A stretch of DNA of 63,272 nt, filler included, from Rhabdomonas costata (Eukaryota), in NCBI GenBank assembly GCA_019059605.1. It is 44 parts of 44 records of this genome, joined end to end, with 100 filler letters (N's around TTAATTAATTAA, not from the genome) between each part and the next. Parts side by side here need not be neighbours in the genome. Positions count along the whole stretch, not along the records: positions 10,087 to 11,427 come from JAHMHO010018851.1; positions 11,528 to 12,868 come from JAHMHO010018852.1; positions 12,969 to 14,309 come from JAHMHO010018853.1; positions 14,410 to 15,749 come from JAHMHO010018854.1; positions 15,850 to 17,189 come from JAHMHO010018855.1; positions 17,290 to 18,629 come from JAHMHO010018856.1; positions 18,730 to 20,069 come from JAHMHO010018857.1; positions 20,170 to 21,509 come from JAHMHO010018858.1; 36 more parts are not named here. One strand, 5' to 3'. Shown here piece by piece: positions 10,613 to 23,658 of the stretch. The notes under the pieces are model-generated. The model worked only from the letters and a program-made list of their open reading frames with translations, did not search any database and was not told where the DNA came from. The position numbers and the translations under genes are program-made. Positions within the stretch are counted from its first letter, which is position 1. Each line of letters begins with the position of its first letter.

Positions 10613-13212
10613 TACAACGAAGCAGGGAACGAGGGGCTAAAATGCTGCGTTGAAAAAGTAAAAGAGCAAAGAAAGCCGGTGTGTGCACAGGACGCAAGAT
10701 GAAGCTTCTATGTGGATGAAATGAGTAGCTGGTGGTTTGGGGAAGAGAAACCACGCGGACCGATGGTGCGGGTCTCTTTGCACCGATGGTGCGGTCGCAG
10801 CAACCAAAAAAAAAAAGACAGAAAGGCACCCGTAGGGACAGCAGGAGAAGAAACAGAGCTCAGTGAACTCAGGCTCAGGTGACGGAGGGCGAAATAAAAA
10901 CAGGAAAGGAATCACCACAGCCACAGCATGCCTGCACAAACCAGGTGCCGACAGTAGCAGCGACACCTAGCACGCGGTTGTATGCACACAGGATGCAGAC
11001 AGGTTTGAACCATTGTGGCAGCAACATCCCAAAGATCGAGTCGGTGCAGCAGGCCCAACCGCAACCACGATGGCGCGACGCTGATATTTTTGCTCGCTTT
11101 TTGAGGCGGTTTACAGTTGTAAAGTTCTTGTGTGTGGACCGAGGACAGAAACCTGCATGGGCAAGACAATGCTTGCTTCTGTTGTGGCCCGCGTACCACC
11201 TTAGGGTGGGGAGTGACGACGTGGTGATTTCGGTCTTCGGTATTTGGGTTCTGGATTTCCCTCTGCGGTCTTTGGTTATTGGGGTTCTGTCTTCGGGGTT
11301 CTATTAATGGCCCCACGAATACGAACGTAGGGAGTATGAGTGGGGTATGTATCACGAGCGCAGCGCGTAGAGGGCCACCGGCAGGTAGCATTCTGGGTCG
11401 GCCTTCAGCCTCCCTCCACACAACCCCNNNNNNNNNNNNNNNNNNNNNNNNNNNNNNNNNNNNNNNNNNNNTTAATTAATTAANNNNNNNNNNNNNNNNN
11501 NNNNNNNNNNNNNNNNNNNNNNNNNNNGGTTGTTTTTCTGAGCATCGTTTTTGGCTTTCGTGTGTGGTGTTCTCATCGTGCATTGCCGTGGTGGGATTTC
11601 TTTTTTCTCGCTGCCCGCTACTTGCCTCTTTCCTCCATTTTGTTCTTCCCTGTGACCCCGGCCGCTTCATTTGGACCCTGTGCCACAAATTTGTTACCCA
11701 CCACTCGTGTTTTATTTGTTTGCACGCGAGTATCTCATAGAATGTTAGTGAAGTTTCTCTCCGAGAATGCGCATTGATAACATCACAATGTTGTTGTTAG
11801 TTTGTCGCCGCTCCTTCCTACATCGTGATCATTTCGTTCGACTCAATTTTGCTTCTATTTCATCACGTCCTGCTGAATTTGACATAATGTTATACACGTT
11901 TACTGGATCAAAATCCATTTGTTATGGGCTTCAGGTTTCTTTGCAGCAAGTGAAGCCCAATCCATCGAAAATCGGATCCATCATATTCGCAAAGATGGTC
12001 ATCTATTTTCTCTGCGGCGTTATTTGGTTTGCTCTTGGAGAATAAATCAGACGCCACCGGTGAACTACATATTGTTGGCACAGGTTTTTTCAATCTTTTA
12101 GGTAAGCGTGCTAACTGGAACAACCGAAGAAATACAGCAATATTTATATTGCAAGAGATCCTGGTGTACCTTATCTCGCGGATAATTTTGTGTCAACTGT
12201 GGTGTTTCGCTTCCGTTTGTTTTTGCTATAAAATAACATTCTTATACACTAATATCTGCTTAGCAGGGCAGAATGTTAAATGGTGCGCTTACATTGCCAC
12301 ATGCGCGCAGACATATTTTATGAAGTAATTCAATTTTTAGGGCACATTACACCGATCCACACTCAGAAGGTAGAATAATAAAGGACTAATTTCCAGATAA
12401 AACATGGCAAATCACCACTGCACCAGTGTTTTCACAGTGGATGCTGTTGGTGTAGAATAGTATTTGATGTGTTTGAGATGGTGTGGTGTCTTTTAAATAA
12501 TGTGCAGTTTTAGGCTTCCAGTGGTTGTGCTGTTTTGTTGTGCTATTTTTAATGTGCGTCACGTTGCGTTGGTATGCGTGTTTATCAGATTTTCAGCATC
12601 TTACAAAACACACTGCATTTATTTGGAGTCAATATCTTTGTCATAAAAGCTTAGATAGAGCAGATTCTGAATTTTATATGTCCACCAAAACTTCTCAAAT
12701 ACAATTAAAAATGAATGAGGTGAAAAGGTGAACAATAATATTGAGCAATTGTACTATATGCGAGAACAGCGTACTATATGCACATACTAAGCAATAGGAA
12801 ATCACACAGGTATTACCAGAACAATTGATCATTGCAGCTGCATAATAACAATAACAAAACAACCAAACNNNNNNNNNNNNNNNNNNNNNNNNNNNNNNNN
12901 NNNNNNNNNNNNTTAATTAATTAANNNNNNNNNNNNNNNNNNNNNNNNNNNNNNNNNNNNNNNNNNNNGTGTTTTTTTCGGTTGTGCCTTTCTGAGGTGA
13001 CGCGGACAATATAATGCCCTTCTCCCAAGGCCCCAGCACCATACCCAATGACAAAACTTATCAATAAATCTCCCAACACCCAACCACCACAAAAACCAGC
13101 GCCTGCCGCTTTTTGAAACCGAGCCGTGAAGGGGCACTGGACTATCACGGGATTGGGATGCAGCACCGGCCCACCCATCTTCCAATTTCCGCATCCTTGA
13201 ATCGCCGCATAC

Positions 13213-14292
13213 GTGAAACGCAGCACTCCTTAGAGGTACAGACCCATCTGCGGCGTTGGCTCGAAGACGAATTGGGGCGAAGCACGTGGTACCGTGGGCA
13301 GGATGCCATTGAGGCGCAGGTTGGAGCTGAAGGAAAGGCATCACGACAATGATGCGACAGAATGACTTCCGCTTGGCAATACTTTGGCGACCGCAGGGGG
13401 CTGAACCATTTTAAGGCTTGCACAACTGCCGACAGGGAGAAAGTACCCCCCCCCCTCACAGAGACAACACATCCCTCAAAGGTTGAAAGTCCGCAGGAAA
13501 GAATTGGAATCAGCCCCTCTTGGCCGCAGAATCAGCATGGCCGCCGATGAGGTGATTGGAAAAGGCAACGCAAACCGCACCCCACGAGTATTCGCGTACA
13601 CCAATGCGACAACAAAGACATGCTACATTCTTTGTGAAGGTTACCCTTGCTTTCACCACAGCAAAGCCTGAAAATTAGGACACCAAGGAAACGGACCACC
13701 CCCGAGCCCTGCTCGCATATACCGGGTGGGCAGCAGTCGTGCGCAGTGCACACGCGGCCTGGGCAGTGCTTCGAAGACCTTTCCTTCATCAGTAGGGTGC
13801 CCACAGGGCACAAGGAAGCACGCAGAGTGGCACAGGTCGGAGCTGCGAAGAGATCCCACCCCCTCAGAAGACGCGCAGAAAAGCCTTATTTCACCTCGCG
13901 CGCACCTGTGCGCAGGAGGTGGGCCTTGGCCTGTTCCACGAGCATACGGAGCGAGCGTGCAGGTAACGCGTGTGTATGCAAGGGTCATCTTCTCAGAGTC
14001 CATCGTTTCATTCACGCCACCGGCTGCGCAGCAGGCAGGCCCTCCGCCCAAAAATAATCTTGTCCCAATCGATCCACAGAGTTTCAAAACATTACCACCG
14101 TTGAGCGTTTAAAACCCACCCACCCATCGCAAAAAATACAATGTCCCCGAATTTCCGTACCCTCGCATCGCCGCATACCGGGGATGCAGCACTCCTCATT
14201 GGTGCAAACCCCACTGTCGCAGAAGATCGAAGAGGGATTCGAGCGGAGCAAGTAGTTCTCGGGGCAGGAGGCGACCGTGGCACAGGTCGGAG
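13213..14292 (-). CDS. Cys-rich repeat (probably extracellular) protein; three homologous phase 1-1 exons at 14179..14292, 13723..13842, 13213..13326
   Basis: Each exon is CAG|CTCC...|GTAT bounded, 114-120 nt: APTCATVASCPENYLLRSNPSSIFCDSGVCTNEECCIP / APTCATLRASLCPVGTLLMKERSSKHCPGRVCTAHDCCPP / APTCASMASCPRYHVLRPNSSSSQRRRWVCTSKECCVS. Confidence 0.85.
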
Positions 14293-15850
14293 CTGAGGCC
14301 CCACAAACANNNNNNNNNNNNNNNNNNNNNNNNNNNNNNNNNNNNNNNNNNNNTTAATTAATTAANNNNNNNNNNNNNNNNNNNNNNNNNNNNNNNNNNN
14401 NNNNNNNNNCATCGCTCCTAAGGTGGCAGTACTTTCTACAACTTTTTCGGAAGCCAGGAAAGCTGTGCTGGAGGCTCGTTAGCATTTGGAGTTGCATTTG
14501 CCATGCTTTGCACACTCTTGAAACCTCTAATCCTCGATTTCTCTTCCTCCTCCAGTTGTGATTCAGGCCGTATGGACGAAAGATAACGGTCCCATGTTGA
14601 GCTTTCACTTGTTTTCACAGGTAACCCCCCAGGTGCTGCTAGTCCAAGGCTCAGAATCTGAGTTTCCTGCTGTGTATTCCATTCTTGTACTTCAAGAGTG
14701 TCACAGCACGGATACGGTGGATAATCTTGAACGAGCTTTATGAACTGATATTTCCCTAGAAACTTGGGATACTTCGTCCCCTTGTTCAAAAGCGGGCATG
14801 ACGTTTTTGTTGACTTTGCCTCAACGCCCGCAACCCCTGCAGTGGCTGGAAAGGACGACCCGTGAAATGCGCGGGCCTCCCTCCTTAGGTCAGAGCAATT
14901 TCATGACGCGCACATCGAATGTACTGATCTCTGCCGTATCTCTCCCTTTGCAGGCCCTTCCCACACCTTGTTTGCACGCCTTCTTCACTGAATGACTACC
15001 CGGTTTGTCCACTCGCCGTACTCCTTCGAAGGTTTTGCTGCAACCCTCCCGTCACTGCTTTCATGGGTTCATCCATCGGGGGGGGGGGTTCGAAGAGTTA
15101 GCGCTCAACCTCTCCTGGGCGATTTTAGTTTCCTTTTTTCCATTCCCCTCCTTTGCCATCACAGCTGTATGCGTGATGAGCAGGCTCGGCTTTCTATATT
15201 TAGTTATGAATTGTATTTGCATACTGGATCTTGAATCCCTCCCCTGCTCCTGCAGGCTTGGCGGAAGCACCTAGAATCAAGCACCGTACGGTGCCCGCCG
15301 CCGCGGTCCAAGACATTCTGGAACATTTACTTCCGTCCGGGGGCTCCAAAGTCCGCTAAAGTTTGCAATTTAAATAAAGCATATAAAATTTGCAACAAAA
15401 AATTGGGTAAAACTTTAGTAAAAAAGTCATTCCCTGCGATGAGCCTGAATTGCTCAGCGAATAAACCTTCTGAAAAGCGCTCCCCCTTTTCCTCACTCGC
15501 TCTTTCTCTCCCTGTTTGCAGGGATGGTCTCCGTCTCGGGATGGCCTCTTCGTCCTGCTTCGCTTTCCCCCGTTGGCCCGCCCACCTCGCCGTACGAGGA
15601 AAATCCCATGTACGCTTGTCACCTTTGTGTTCCAAGAAGTGGTTGAAGGGACGAAGGGGAGCAGCTGCAGTGCTGTGGGTCTCTATCCCAAAATGTAAGG
15701 TGAATGATGGGTGCGGGTTTGGAATGACATTTTTTGAGGAGCAACACATNNNNNNNNNNNNNNNNNNNNNNNNNNNNNNNNNNNNNNNNNNNNTTAATTA
15801 ATTAANNNNNNNNNNNNNNNNNNNNNNNNNNNNNNNNNNNNNNNNNNNNG

Positions 15851-17189
15851 GTTGGTTGGCTGAAGGACCTGAAGTACTGCGTGTTTGGACTGGGTGACAG
15901 CAGCTACTACTTCTTCAACTACACCGCCAAGCTGGTGGACGCCCGCATGGCGGAGCTGGGGGCGCAGCGCCTGGTTCCCACGATGTTCGGGGATGACGGC
16001 GACGAGGACAAGTTTGAGACCAAGTTCAATGAGTGGATCCCCACGGTGTGGCAGGCTTTGGGCACAAAGACGCCCGAGAACAAGCTGTTCGAGCCCACAA
16101 TCACGGTGAACCTCACCCCCGATGCCACCCCCGCGGAGTGGTCCTTCAGCCACTCCACCCCGGTGCAGAGCAAGACGGGTGCTGTGCGGATCACCCCCAA
16201 GGACTACCAGCGCAACTTCGTCACCATTGAGTGGAAGACGGACCTGCCCTACAGCATTGGGGACTCTCTGGGGGTGTTCCCGGAGAACAACAAGCAGTCC
16301 GTGACGGATTTCCTGACCTTCTACGGGCTGGACCCCAAGGCCGTGGTCACGATTGACAACCGCGGGGTGCGCGAGCTTCCTGAGTGCATCACCGTGGAGA
16401 ACCTGTTCACCAAGGTCCTGGACATCCTGGGGAAGCCCAACCGCCGCTTCTACCAGAACCTGGCCCACTTCGCCACCGACGCTGGCGAGAAGGAGCGCCT
16501 GGTGCAGATGGGCAACGGGCAGGGCGAGTACAGCAAGGTGTTGGCCGAGACCTACCACTACGCGGACATGCTGAAGCTGTTCAAGTCCGCCAAGCCGCCC
16601 CTGCAGTACCTGATCGAGATGGTGCCCAACATCAAGCCGCGGTACTACTCCATCTCCTCCTCCCCCAAGCACACCCCTGGTGAGGTGCACAGCTTGGTGC
16701 TGATTGACACCTGGACCACCCCCTCTGGCCGCTTCCGCACGGGGCTGACCTGCACCATGCTGGAGAAGCTGCAGGCGGGCCAGGTCGTGCAGGGCTGCAT
16801 CCACCCCACGGCCATGGAGTTCCCCGACAGCGACGAGCGCCCCAAGGTGATGGCGGGCATCGGCAGCGGGCTGGCCCCCTTCGTTGCTTTCCTGCGCGAG
16901 CGCTCGTGGAAGCGCAAGCAGGGCATCAAGGTGGGGCAAATGGTGCTGTACTTCGGTAACCAGTACGAGAAGAAGGAGTACCTCCTGAAGGAGGAGCTCG
17001 AGAGCTACGTCAAGGAGGGACTGCTGCACCTGCGCACGGCGTTCAGCCGAGATGATCCCAAGAAGAAGGTCTACGTGCAGGACCTGGTGAAGAAGGACCC
17101 CGAGCTGCTGTACGACCTCCTGGTGAAGCAGAAGGGCTCCGTCTACGTCTGCGGCAACCGCAACATGCCCAAGCCCGTGCAAAACAACA
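15851..17189 (+). CDS. PNO: Pyruvate:NADP+ oxidoreductase, C-terminal NADPH-cytochrome P450 reductase-like module (flavodoxin + FAD + NADP domains), partial at both ends
   Basis: Open across the whole contig. Motifs VFGLGDSSY, PRYYSISSSP, GSGLAPF and AFSRDDPKKKVYVQD. Segments such as GLTCTMLE.LQAGQVV.GCIHPTAMEFPD match my recollection of Euglena PNO rather than generic CPR. Very high GC3. Confidence 0.9.
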
Positions 17190-18458
17190 NNNNNNNNNNN
17201 NNNNNNNNNNNNNNNNNNNNNNNNNNNNNNNNNTTAATTAATTAANNNNNNNNNNNNNNNNNNNNNNNNNNNNNNNNNNNNNNNNNNNNGGTGTTGGGGT
17301 GAAGGTATTTTAACACCATCTTGGTGGCACAAAAAACAATTCTGCTTTACAAAAAGAGCTTGACGTGACATTGTACATTCCCAGACGACCCACATTCTGC
17401 AGCGCAAAGCTTTCTGCACAGGGTGGATTTTCCTTCATTCAGGCAAGAGGGTACCAAGGCACACGCGGACACTAGACACTCAGTCCGGCCCCAGTATTCC
17501 ACCTGAGTTCTAGAAGGGGGTACTTCACTACTCAACTCTCTCTTTAGAAAGACGAAGAACAGATACTTGTTGCAACTTAGCTGGTCCTTAGCTGGAAAAT
17601 TCAGCCACTGCAAACGCACGTAACATGCACAAGGTAATATCGTGGTGGATGTCTCTTCTGCTTCCAGTGAGCTTTCAATTTCTCTCCCGCTGCCTGGCGA
17701 CTTGTCGGGGTGCGGATTCGTACCCGTCTGCTGGGCGAAGGGAGGAATTAAAACCGCCTTATAGGAACCTCAACCTCTGGGTTTGCCCAGCTTGCTTAAT
17801 TGCTCGGTGGCCTCTCTTCACCACTTCTTCTGCCTGGTGCTGGAATCCTTAGGTCCTCGTCTTCTGACCACGCAGGGCTCCAACTATAGCGCAGTCTCTG
17901 TCCCCGTCTTCGCTGGGGCACGCGACTTCAGGACCTTTTTGAATCCTTATCTTCTCTCTGTAGCTTTCGCAGATCTCTTCAGGTACACACACTCCACACA
18001 CTCCACACACCGCACAACTGCAGCGCAGTAGCTGATCGTTTTATGGTTGCTGCTGCCTGCGGTCTCCGAGGGGGTGCAAATACAGGTCTCCAGTTTACCA
18101 GTGTTGGGCGATTGGTAAGCCAAAGGGCTTTCAAGGCAATTAGGAACGTTCACACTAACAAACACAGACACACACATACATGAGCGACAAAATCCTCAGT
18201 AACATGCGACGCCCAGTATGGGTGGACACAACATCGGCGAGTATGGGCGGCCTGGGAGCTGCCGGGGAGAGCAGTGAATCAGGGAGCAGTGTACCAGGTC
18301 CCCCCCCCCGGATCGCCGGTAAAGTGCAGATTACGAGACTCATGCATCAGTTGCGAACGCGGCAGCTGCTGCGAGAGCAAACAGCCCAGTGCCCTGCAGG
18401 GGCCTTCAGGTCGCAGTCGATTTTGAAACACACGCACACACACAAACAAGGCACACAC

Positions 18459-18629
18459 CATCCCCTCGGTGCTCCACGTGCCCATCCACTGCACGGCGCA
18501 CTTCGTGAACAGCGCCGGGTTGGACTGGCACCGCAGCTGGAAGCTGGGGTTCAGCGGGTCCATCACCAGCACCACGTGCAGGCACCGCGCCACGCGGGAC
18601 ACGAAGTACGCGAAGGGGCCCCCAACCCC
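18459..18629 (-). CDS. DYNC2H1: Cytoplasmic dynein-2 (IFT dynein) heavy chain, AAA4-region exon
   Basis: GPFAYFVSRVARCLHVVLVMDPLNPSFQLRCQSNPALFTKCAVQWMGTWSTEGM|GT. LH.VL.MD...F...C.SNPAL..KC...W...WS is characteristic of dynein-2 heavy chains. Confidence 0.85.
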
Positions 18630-19133
18630 NNNNNNNNNNNNNNNNNNNNNNNNNNNNNNNNNNNNNNNNNNNNTTAATTAATTAANNNNNNNNNNNNNNN
18701 NNNNNNNNNNNNNNNNNNNNNNNNNNNNNTGGTGTGTTTGTGTTTGGTGTGTGTGTGTATGTCTGTGTGTGCGCCATGTTTGTAGTCGTTGTGACTCTCC
18801 GTGGTTTGGGGAAGTCGGCTCAAGGAACAGGGAGAGCCGAAGAGAGGCTACCGAGCCGTAAAAGTCAGACTGGGGAAGCGAAGAGGGAACTCCCTTGAAC
18901 CGTGGTGGAATGCGCCACTGAGATTTCCCAAGAACTGCCGCCGAGCAACTGAGAAGCATGTTGACCGAGCAACTGAGAAGCTGTATTCCAAGATGCGGCC
19001 AGAAGGAAGAAGGACACCCCAACCCGACTTGTTTATGTTTTGTGCGTGTGTACGTGTGTCGTGATGACGAAATCCATCATGGGGTGGGTTGGAACTTGAC
19101 CTTTTTTGCGTGGGGATTGGGGGGACTTTGCAG

Positions 19134-19282
19134 CCCGAGAAGGGCCCAGCGCTGGACCGCCTGGAGGGCCGCCTGTGCGTGTTCGGGCGAGTGGAGGTGT
19201 TCCGTGGCGACCAAGGCGCACCGCAGGACTTGCTGGAGGTTCTTCTGGAGGGCCTTGAGGAAGTTCCCCGCGCCATGCTAAG
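19134..19282 (+). CDS. Putative internal exon, unknown protein
   Basis: tttgcAG|PEKGPALDRLEGRLCVFGRVEVFRGDQGAPQDLLEVLLEGLEEVPRAML|GT, with GC3-rich codons. Confidence 0.5.
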
Positions 19283-20174
19283 GTCCCGTTTTACCTCGCT
19301 CGTGAGACCCTTTTCCTCGTTGCACGTGTCCTGGATGAGGAGGGCTTCGCTTCCATGCTTCCCCCGATCTTCGCACTGATCAAGGACGGACGGATTATGT
19401 TCAGTTCTTTAGAATGCAGCAAAATTTTCCCCAGGCTGCTTTCAAACCCGGCCACCCACACCAGCTGCTCCGTTTCACGGCTTAAAATAATTTGTCCCAC
19501 TCGTCCTCCAAATGCCCAAGAACGACAATTCGGACACAAAAACAAAAAAACGTTGTACACTTCTGAATGTTTCAATCTCCCCCCCCCCCAAGGAACCGTT
19601 TCAATGAAACAAGCCTGACTTGTTTCCATGACGAGCCCGTGTTTGTTGCTCCCCTTCTTTTGTTTTCGGGAAGACCAGAGCGGTTTGTCATATGCTGCGA
19701 GCCAGGATTCGCGGAAGGCAGATCTCCGAGTCAAGGGGATGTCACAGTATGTGGTGAGTAGGAACCCGTGGCACATCCCGTGTTTCAAAAAGAGAAGGCC
19801 TCGGCCACCAAAAGACCTGTGCCGCAGGTCAAGCAGCACGGGTAGCCGGTGAAAAATGGTGGCTGCCTGATAATGGCCCGGGACCTTTGGGGCAGACTAC
19901 CGGACGTGCAACGCTCGGTGGTAAACCGGTGTTCCCGCGGCACCGTGAAAAATATTTCCCACGAGCACCCGTTGCGAAACAGCGCCCGCGCCCCTCAGTC
20001 GATACTCAATAGTAAGTCAGGCAACAGCCAGAGGGCTGCGCCCAGCACACACACACACACACACACACANNNNNNNNNNNNNNNNNNNNNNNNNNNNNNN
20101 NNNNNNNNNNNNNTTAATTAATTAANNNNNNNNNNNNNNNNNNNNNNNNNNNNNNNNNNNNNNNNNNNNGGTGG

Positions 20175-21062
20175 GTTGTACCCCCGGCTGATTGGGGCGC
20201 GGCAGAAGCAGCTGCGGCTGCTGGCGCACCAAGTCCTGGGGCTGGTGTTTGGGCTCTCCCGGGGAGTCCGGCGAGAGATGGAAAAGTTTATCCGCCAGGT
20301 TTTTGTGTTTCGTTATGGTCGTTTTTGGTGGTGTCTTGTTTTTCTCTTTTAGTGGATGACAGGACTGGAATGCTTTCTGCGTGATTTGTAGAGTTTTTGT
20401 TCGTTTTCGTTGTGAAAAGTTGTGCCATGGGGGCACTTTACAGCGAATTCTCGAAAACTTCTGTTTGCACCAACAAACACATACCATCTGTTTCAAAACT
20501 TAAGTCACATGCATTTTAAAAAGTAAATTGTTTGCCTGAGTTTGCGTAAGGGTGCCCGGCTGTGGCCAGAACGTTGCGTTGGTTCACTCTTGCTCGGGCG
20601 TGGACCCGCCGTCTTTTGTGGGGAGCACCAGCAATCATCCAACCGACTTCATCTTGGAGGACTTTTTTGAGAACAAATTTCTTCATGAAGTTACTTCTTT
20701 TTGAAACATAGTGCGGCCAGCCAGCCGACAAATTCCTGGGACAGGTGTAGGTCACAATCCCACAAGCTGAGAGACCATTAGAGAGCCGTGAAGACCACTA
20801 GAGACACGCCAGTACTGCATCAGTCGGCGCATCGTGCGCCAAATACACGACTTGCGTTTATTATGCGGCTTTTTCCCCCTCTGTGGCGCAGATCATTGCG
20901 TGCTGGCTCCGCGGGATGCAAGACCCGGAGGTGGATGTGCGGGAAGCCGCCTCCTCGGCCTGGACCGCTGCCCTGCCGGAGCCCGCCAAAGCCCTGGCAG
21001 TGCTGAAGTTCTGCGCCAGGGAGGCCTTCGAGGGCCTTGCCGAGGGACTCACAGTAACCCAG
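20175..21062 (+). CDS. LTN1: Listerin E3 ubiquitin ligase (LTN1)-like N-terminal HEAT region; exons ~20175..20245 and 20892..21062
   Basis: LYPRLIGARQKQLRLLAHQVLG and IIACWLRGMQDPEVDVREAASSAWTAALPEPAKALAVLKFCAREAFEGL follow the LTN1 pattern YPR...RRVR.LAH / WL...D...V..AA..AF...FP......L.FC. The intervening junction is not resolved. Confidence 0.65.
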
Positions 21063-23459
21063 GTTGTTGGGCCTCACTTGTTGACCCCTCCTTACTACGT
21101 TTATGTCGTTTTGGACGTAAGTACGTGGGGGGATGTATGTGGAGAGGCGGATTAGAACCCCCCTCTCAGGACTCCACAATGTCCATGAACTCCATTGCAC
21201 TGAAGCTTGAAAGTGGCTGGTGGACCATTCCCATAACGGATCGAATTAAAAACCCGTCCGAATGGACTTTAGGGCTGAAAAACTTAATCCTCCATCGCGT
21301 CAGGCAATCTTGGCCCCATCGTCTGACGCACGGTGTCAATCAATTTGTAGACTAGGGAGCGATAGACCCCATTTTCAAATGTGATCTTTCCAGATTTTCA
21401 AACCGGAGAATAAACTTTTCACATTGCGTCGAGATGGAGCACTCTCCAGTCAACCAGCGAAGAGTGCCTGAAACTCTAAACCCCGTTTTGAATTCCCAAG
21501 CCATTATATNNNNNNNNNNNNNNNNNNNNNNNNNNNNNNNNNNNNNNNNNNNNTTAATTAATTAANNNNNNNNNNNNNNNNNNNNNNNNNNNNNNNNNNN
21601 NNNNNNNNNGCTGAGTGCTCGTGCAGGTAGAGGGGGGGGGGTTGCTCTGTGGTCTGTGCCGTATTTGTATTTGCGCGTCAACCAATAAAACCGTTCTCCG
21701 ATGTGCGCTAATATTAATGGAGTCGACGACAAGGAAACGATACGAAGAGGGGTTGACTTTGTAAAAGTGCGCTCTGGTGAACCACGTTAAATGGGCAGCA
21801 GGGTGCCTTTGAAAACGAATTTGTAATGACTGACCTTGTTGTTGGTGCTGATAGGAGGAAGTAGGAAATTTTTCCCCTTTTCTTCTGCAGAACACATGAA
21901 TTCGGTGGGTTGGTTGGGATGTATGATGCTTTATCCTCTTTTTTCGCCCCGCGTTTCCTGCATTGTTACACGTGCTCTCTTTATCTCTCTCTCTCTCTGT
22001 GTCTTGTATGTGCGCACCGTTTTGCCCGCAGACTCGGCGACGACAAAGGAACAGAAGCGGCCGCTGGGTTCCCCCCAGCCATGGTGGGTGAAGTGTGGCT
22101 CCGGAGGGTGCGGCTTTGCGGCAATCACTCTGGTCTCCTTTTTACCCTTGCCCTCCCCTGACCCACCCTCAAAGACAAGAGGCCAAGATGCGCGAGTGGG
22201 TGACCCGGGCCGAGTGAGGGTGGGGTTTGAGTTACGTACCGGAATGGCAAGCCTTAGCCTCATAAACATTCACTGGGTTTTGGGTCACAAAATCGTGCTG
22301 TGCGTGCTTCACGAACAATAGCTCCTTCTGTGCGTGGGTTGTCCGCAGTTTGGCTTTATTCACCATCGCAGAAAAAGCGCATTCTAGGGACACGTGCCTT
22401 TTCTTTTGGCTGCATTTGAGCGGCTCTTGAGAAGAACCGATGCAAGCGATGCCGGGTTTCACATATGCACACGGAGGCGGGGTCACCAGAGCGGCCCACA
22501 AACATCAACATGGAGAATTATGCATAGCGGAAACGCGCGGGGAAGCAGAGAAACCAGGAAGAGGAAGGAATATTCAGACATAAGTTTCCCGTGATTTTTT
22601 CCGCCCCTGTATGTGATCTGCAATTCTGATGTTTGCTGCTGTTGCAGGTCTTGTTCATGCCGCTGCTGTACTACTCGAGGTGCGCGAGGATGTGGGTGTT
22701 TGTAGGAAAATGCTGAAAAGGGGGCTGTGCGGGTAGTGCTGGGTTTACTGCCCAGGTGTCGTGTCGCATCTCGACCTTTCGATTAGTCCTGGTTTGTCAA
22801 GGGAGGGTTGCTTACAGCTGCGGATGTGTAGAGGTAATCTCATACTGCGCTACTGCCTACCATTTTTAATTCACATCAGCTTTTCTCCGGCTTTGTCCGC
22901 GAACTCTATCAACACCACCTCTGTGTCCTTGTCCTTCACGGGCTTGCCTNNNNNNNNNNNNNNNNNNNNNNNNNNNNNNNNNNNNNNNNNNNNTTAATTA
23001 ATTAANNNNNNNNNNNNNNNNNNNNNNNNNNNNNNNNNNNNNNNNNNNNGGTGTTGTGTGGCATTTCTCATTTCCTAAACCAAGGTCCAAACAACCATAT
23101 GCCCAGGAAATGAGAAATGCCACACAATACAGAGGATCTTCTTTCTCGCGAAAGAAAAATAAGCTATTCAAATAGAGGATGCCCAACTTTGGCTGAGAAA
23201 CGCGTTGGCGCTAACCCGCATGGCGGAAAGCCTGCAAAAGATAATAACAGAAATCCGAAATCAAATGCACTCTCTTCGTTGGAGCCGAAGCCGAAATTGA
23301 AGTCTTGAGTGTACAAAAGGCCACGCGGACGTCCTGATCTTCATTTTGGTATCACCCGAAACGATCGATCAATGATGTACTGGACCGATTGTGGAGTCAA
23401 CTGACAATCGCCAATCATCAGCCCCTTACAGAATGAGCAGCATTACACGCAAAAAAAAC

Positions 23460-23658
23460 GGTACTTCTTGGCCACGGCCTCCCAATCTGGCGTGGCCTGC
23501 TGCTGCTGTTGCTGCTGCGAAACATCAATTGGTGCGCCGGAGCCCCCACTGCTGGTGATGCTGAAGAGAGCATTGGGAATGGGAATCCGACAAAGCGGGC
23601 GAGCCAAGAAGGTTCTGGTCACTGGAAGCAGGCCGCCCAGCAAGGCAACCCTCCACAT
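23460..23658 (-). CDS. First exon of a protein with a mitochondrial-targeting-like N terminus and a poly-Gln tract
   Basis: MWRVALLGGLLPVTRTFLARPLCRIPIPNALFS...QQQQQQQATPDWEAVAKK. The leader is Arg/Leu-rich and free of acidic residues. Confidence 0.4.

Noticed and set aside
15794-17182. 462-aa antisense ORF overlapping PNO
   Set aside because: Shadow of extreme GC3 bias on the sense strand; no independent motifs.
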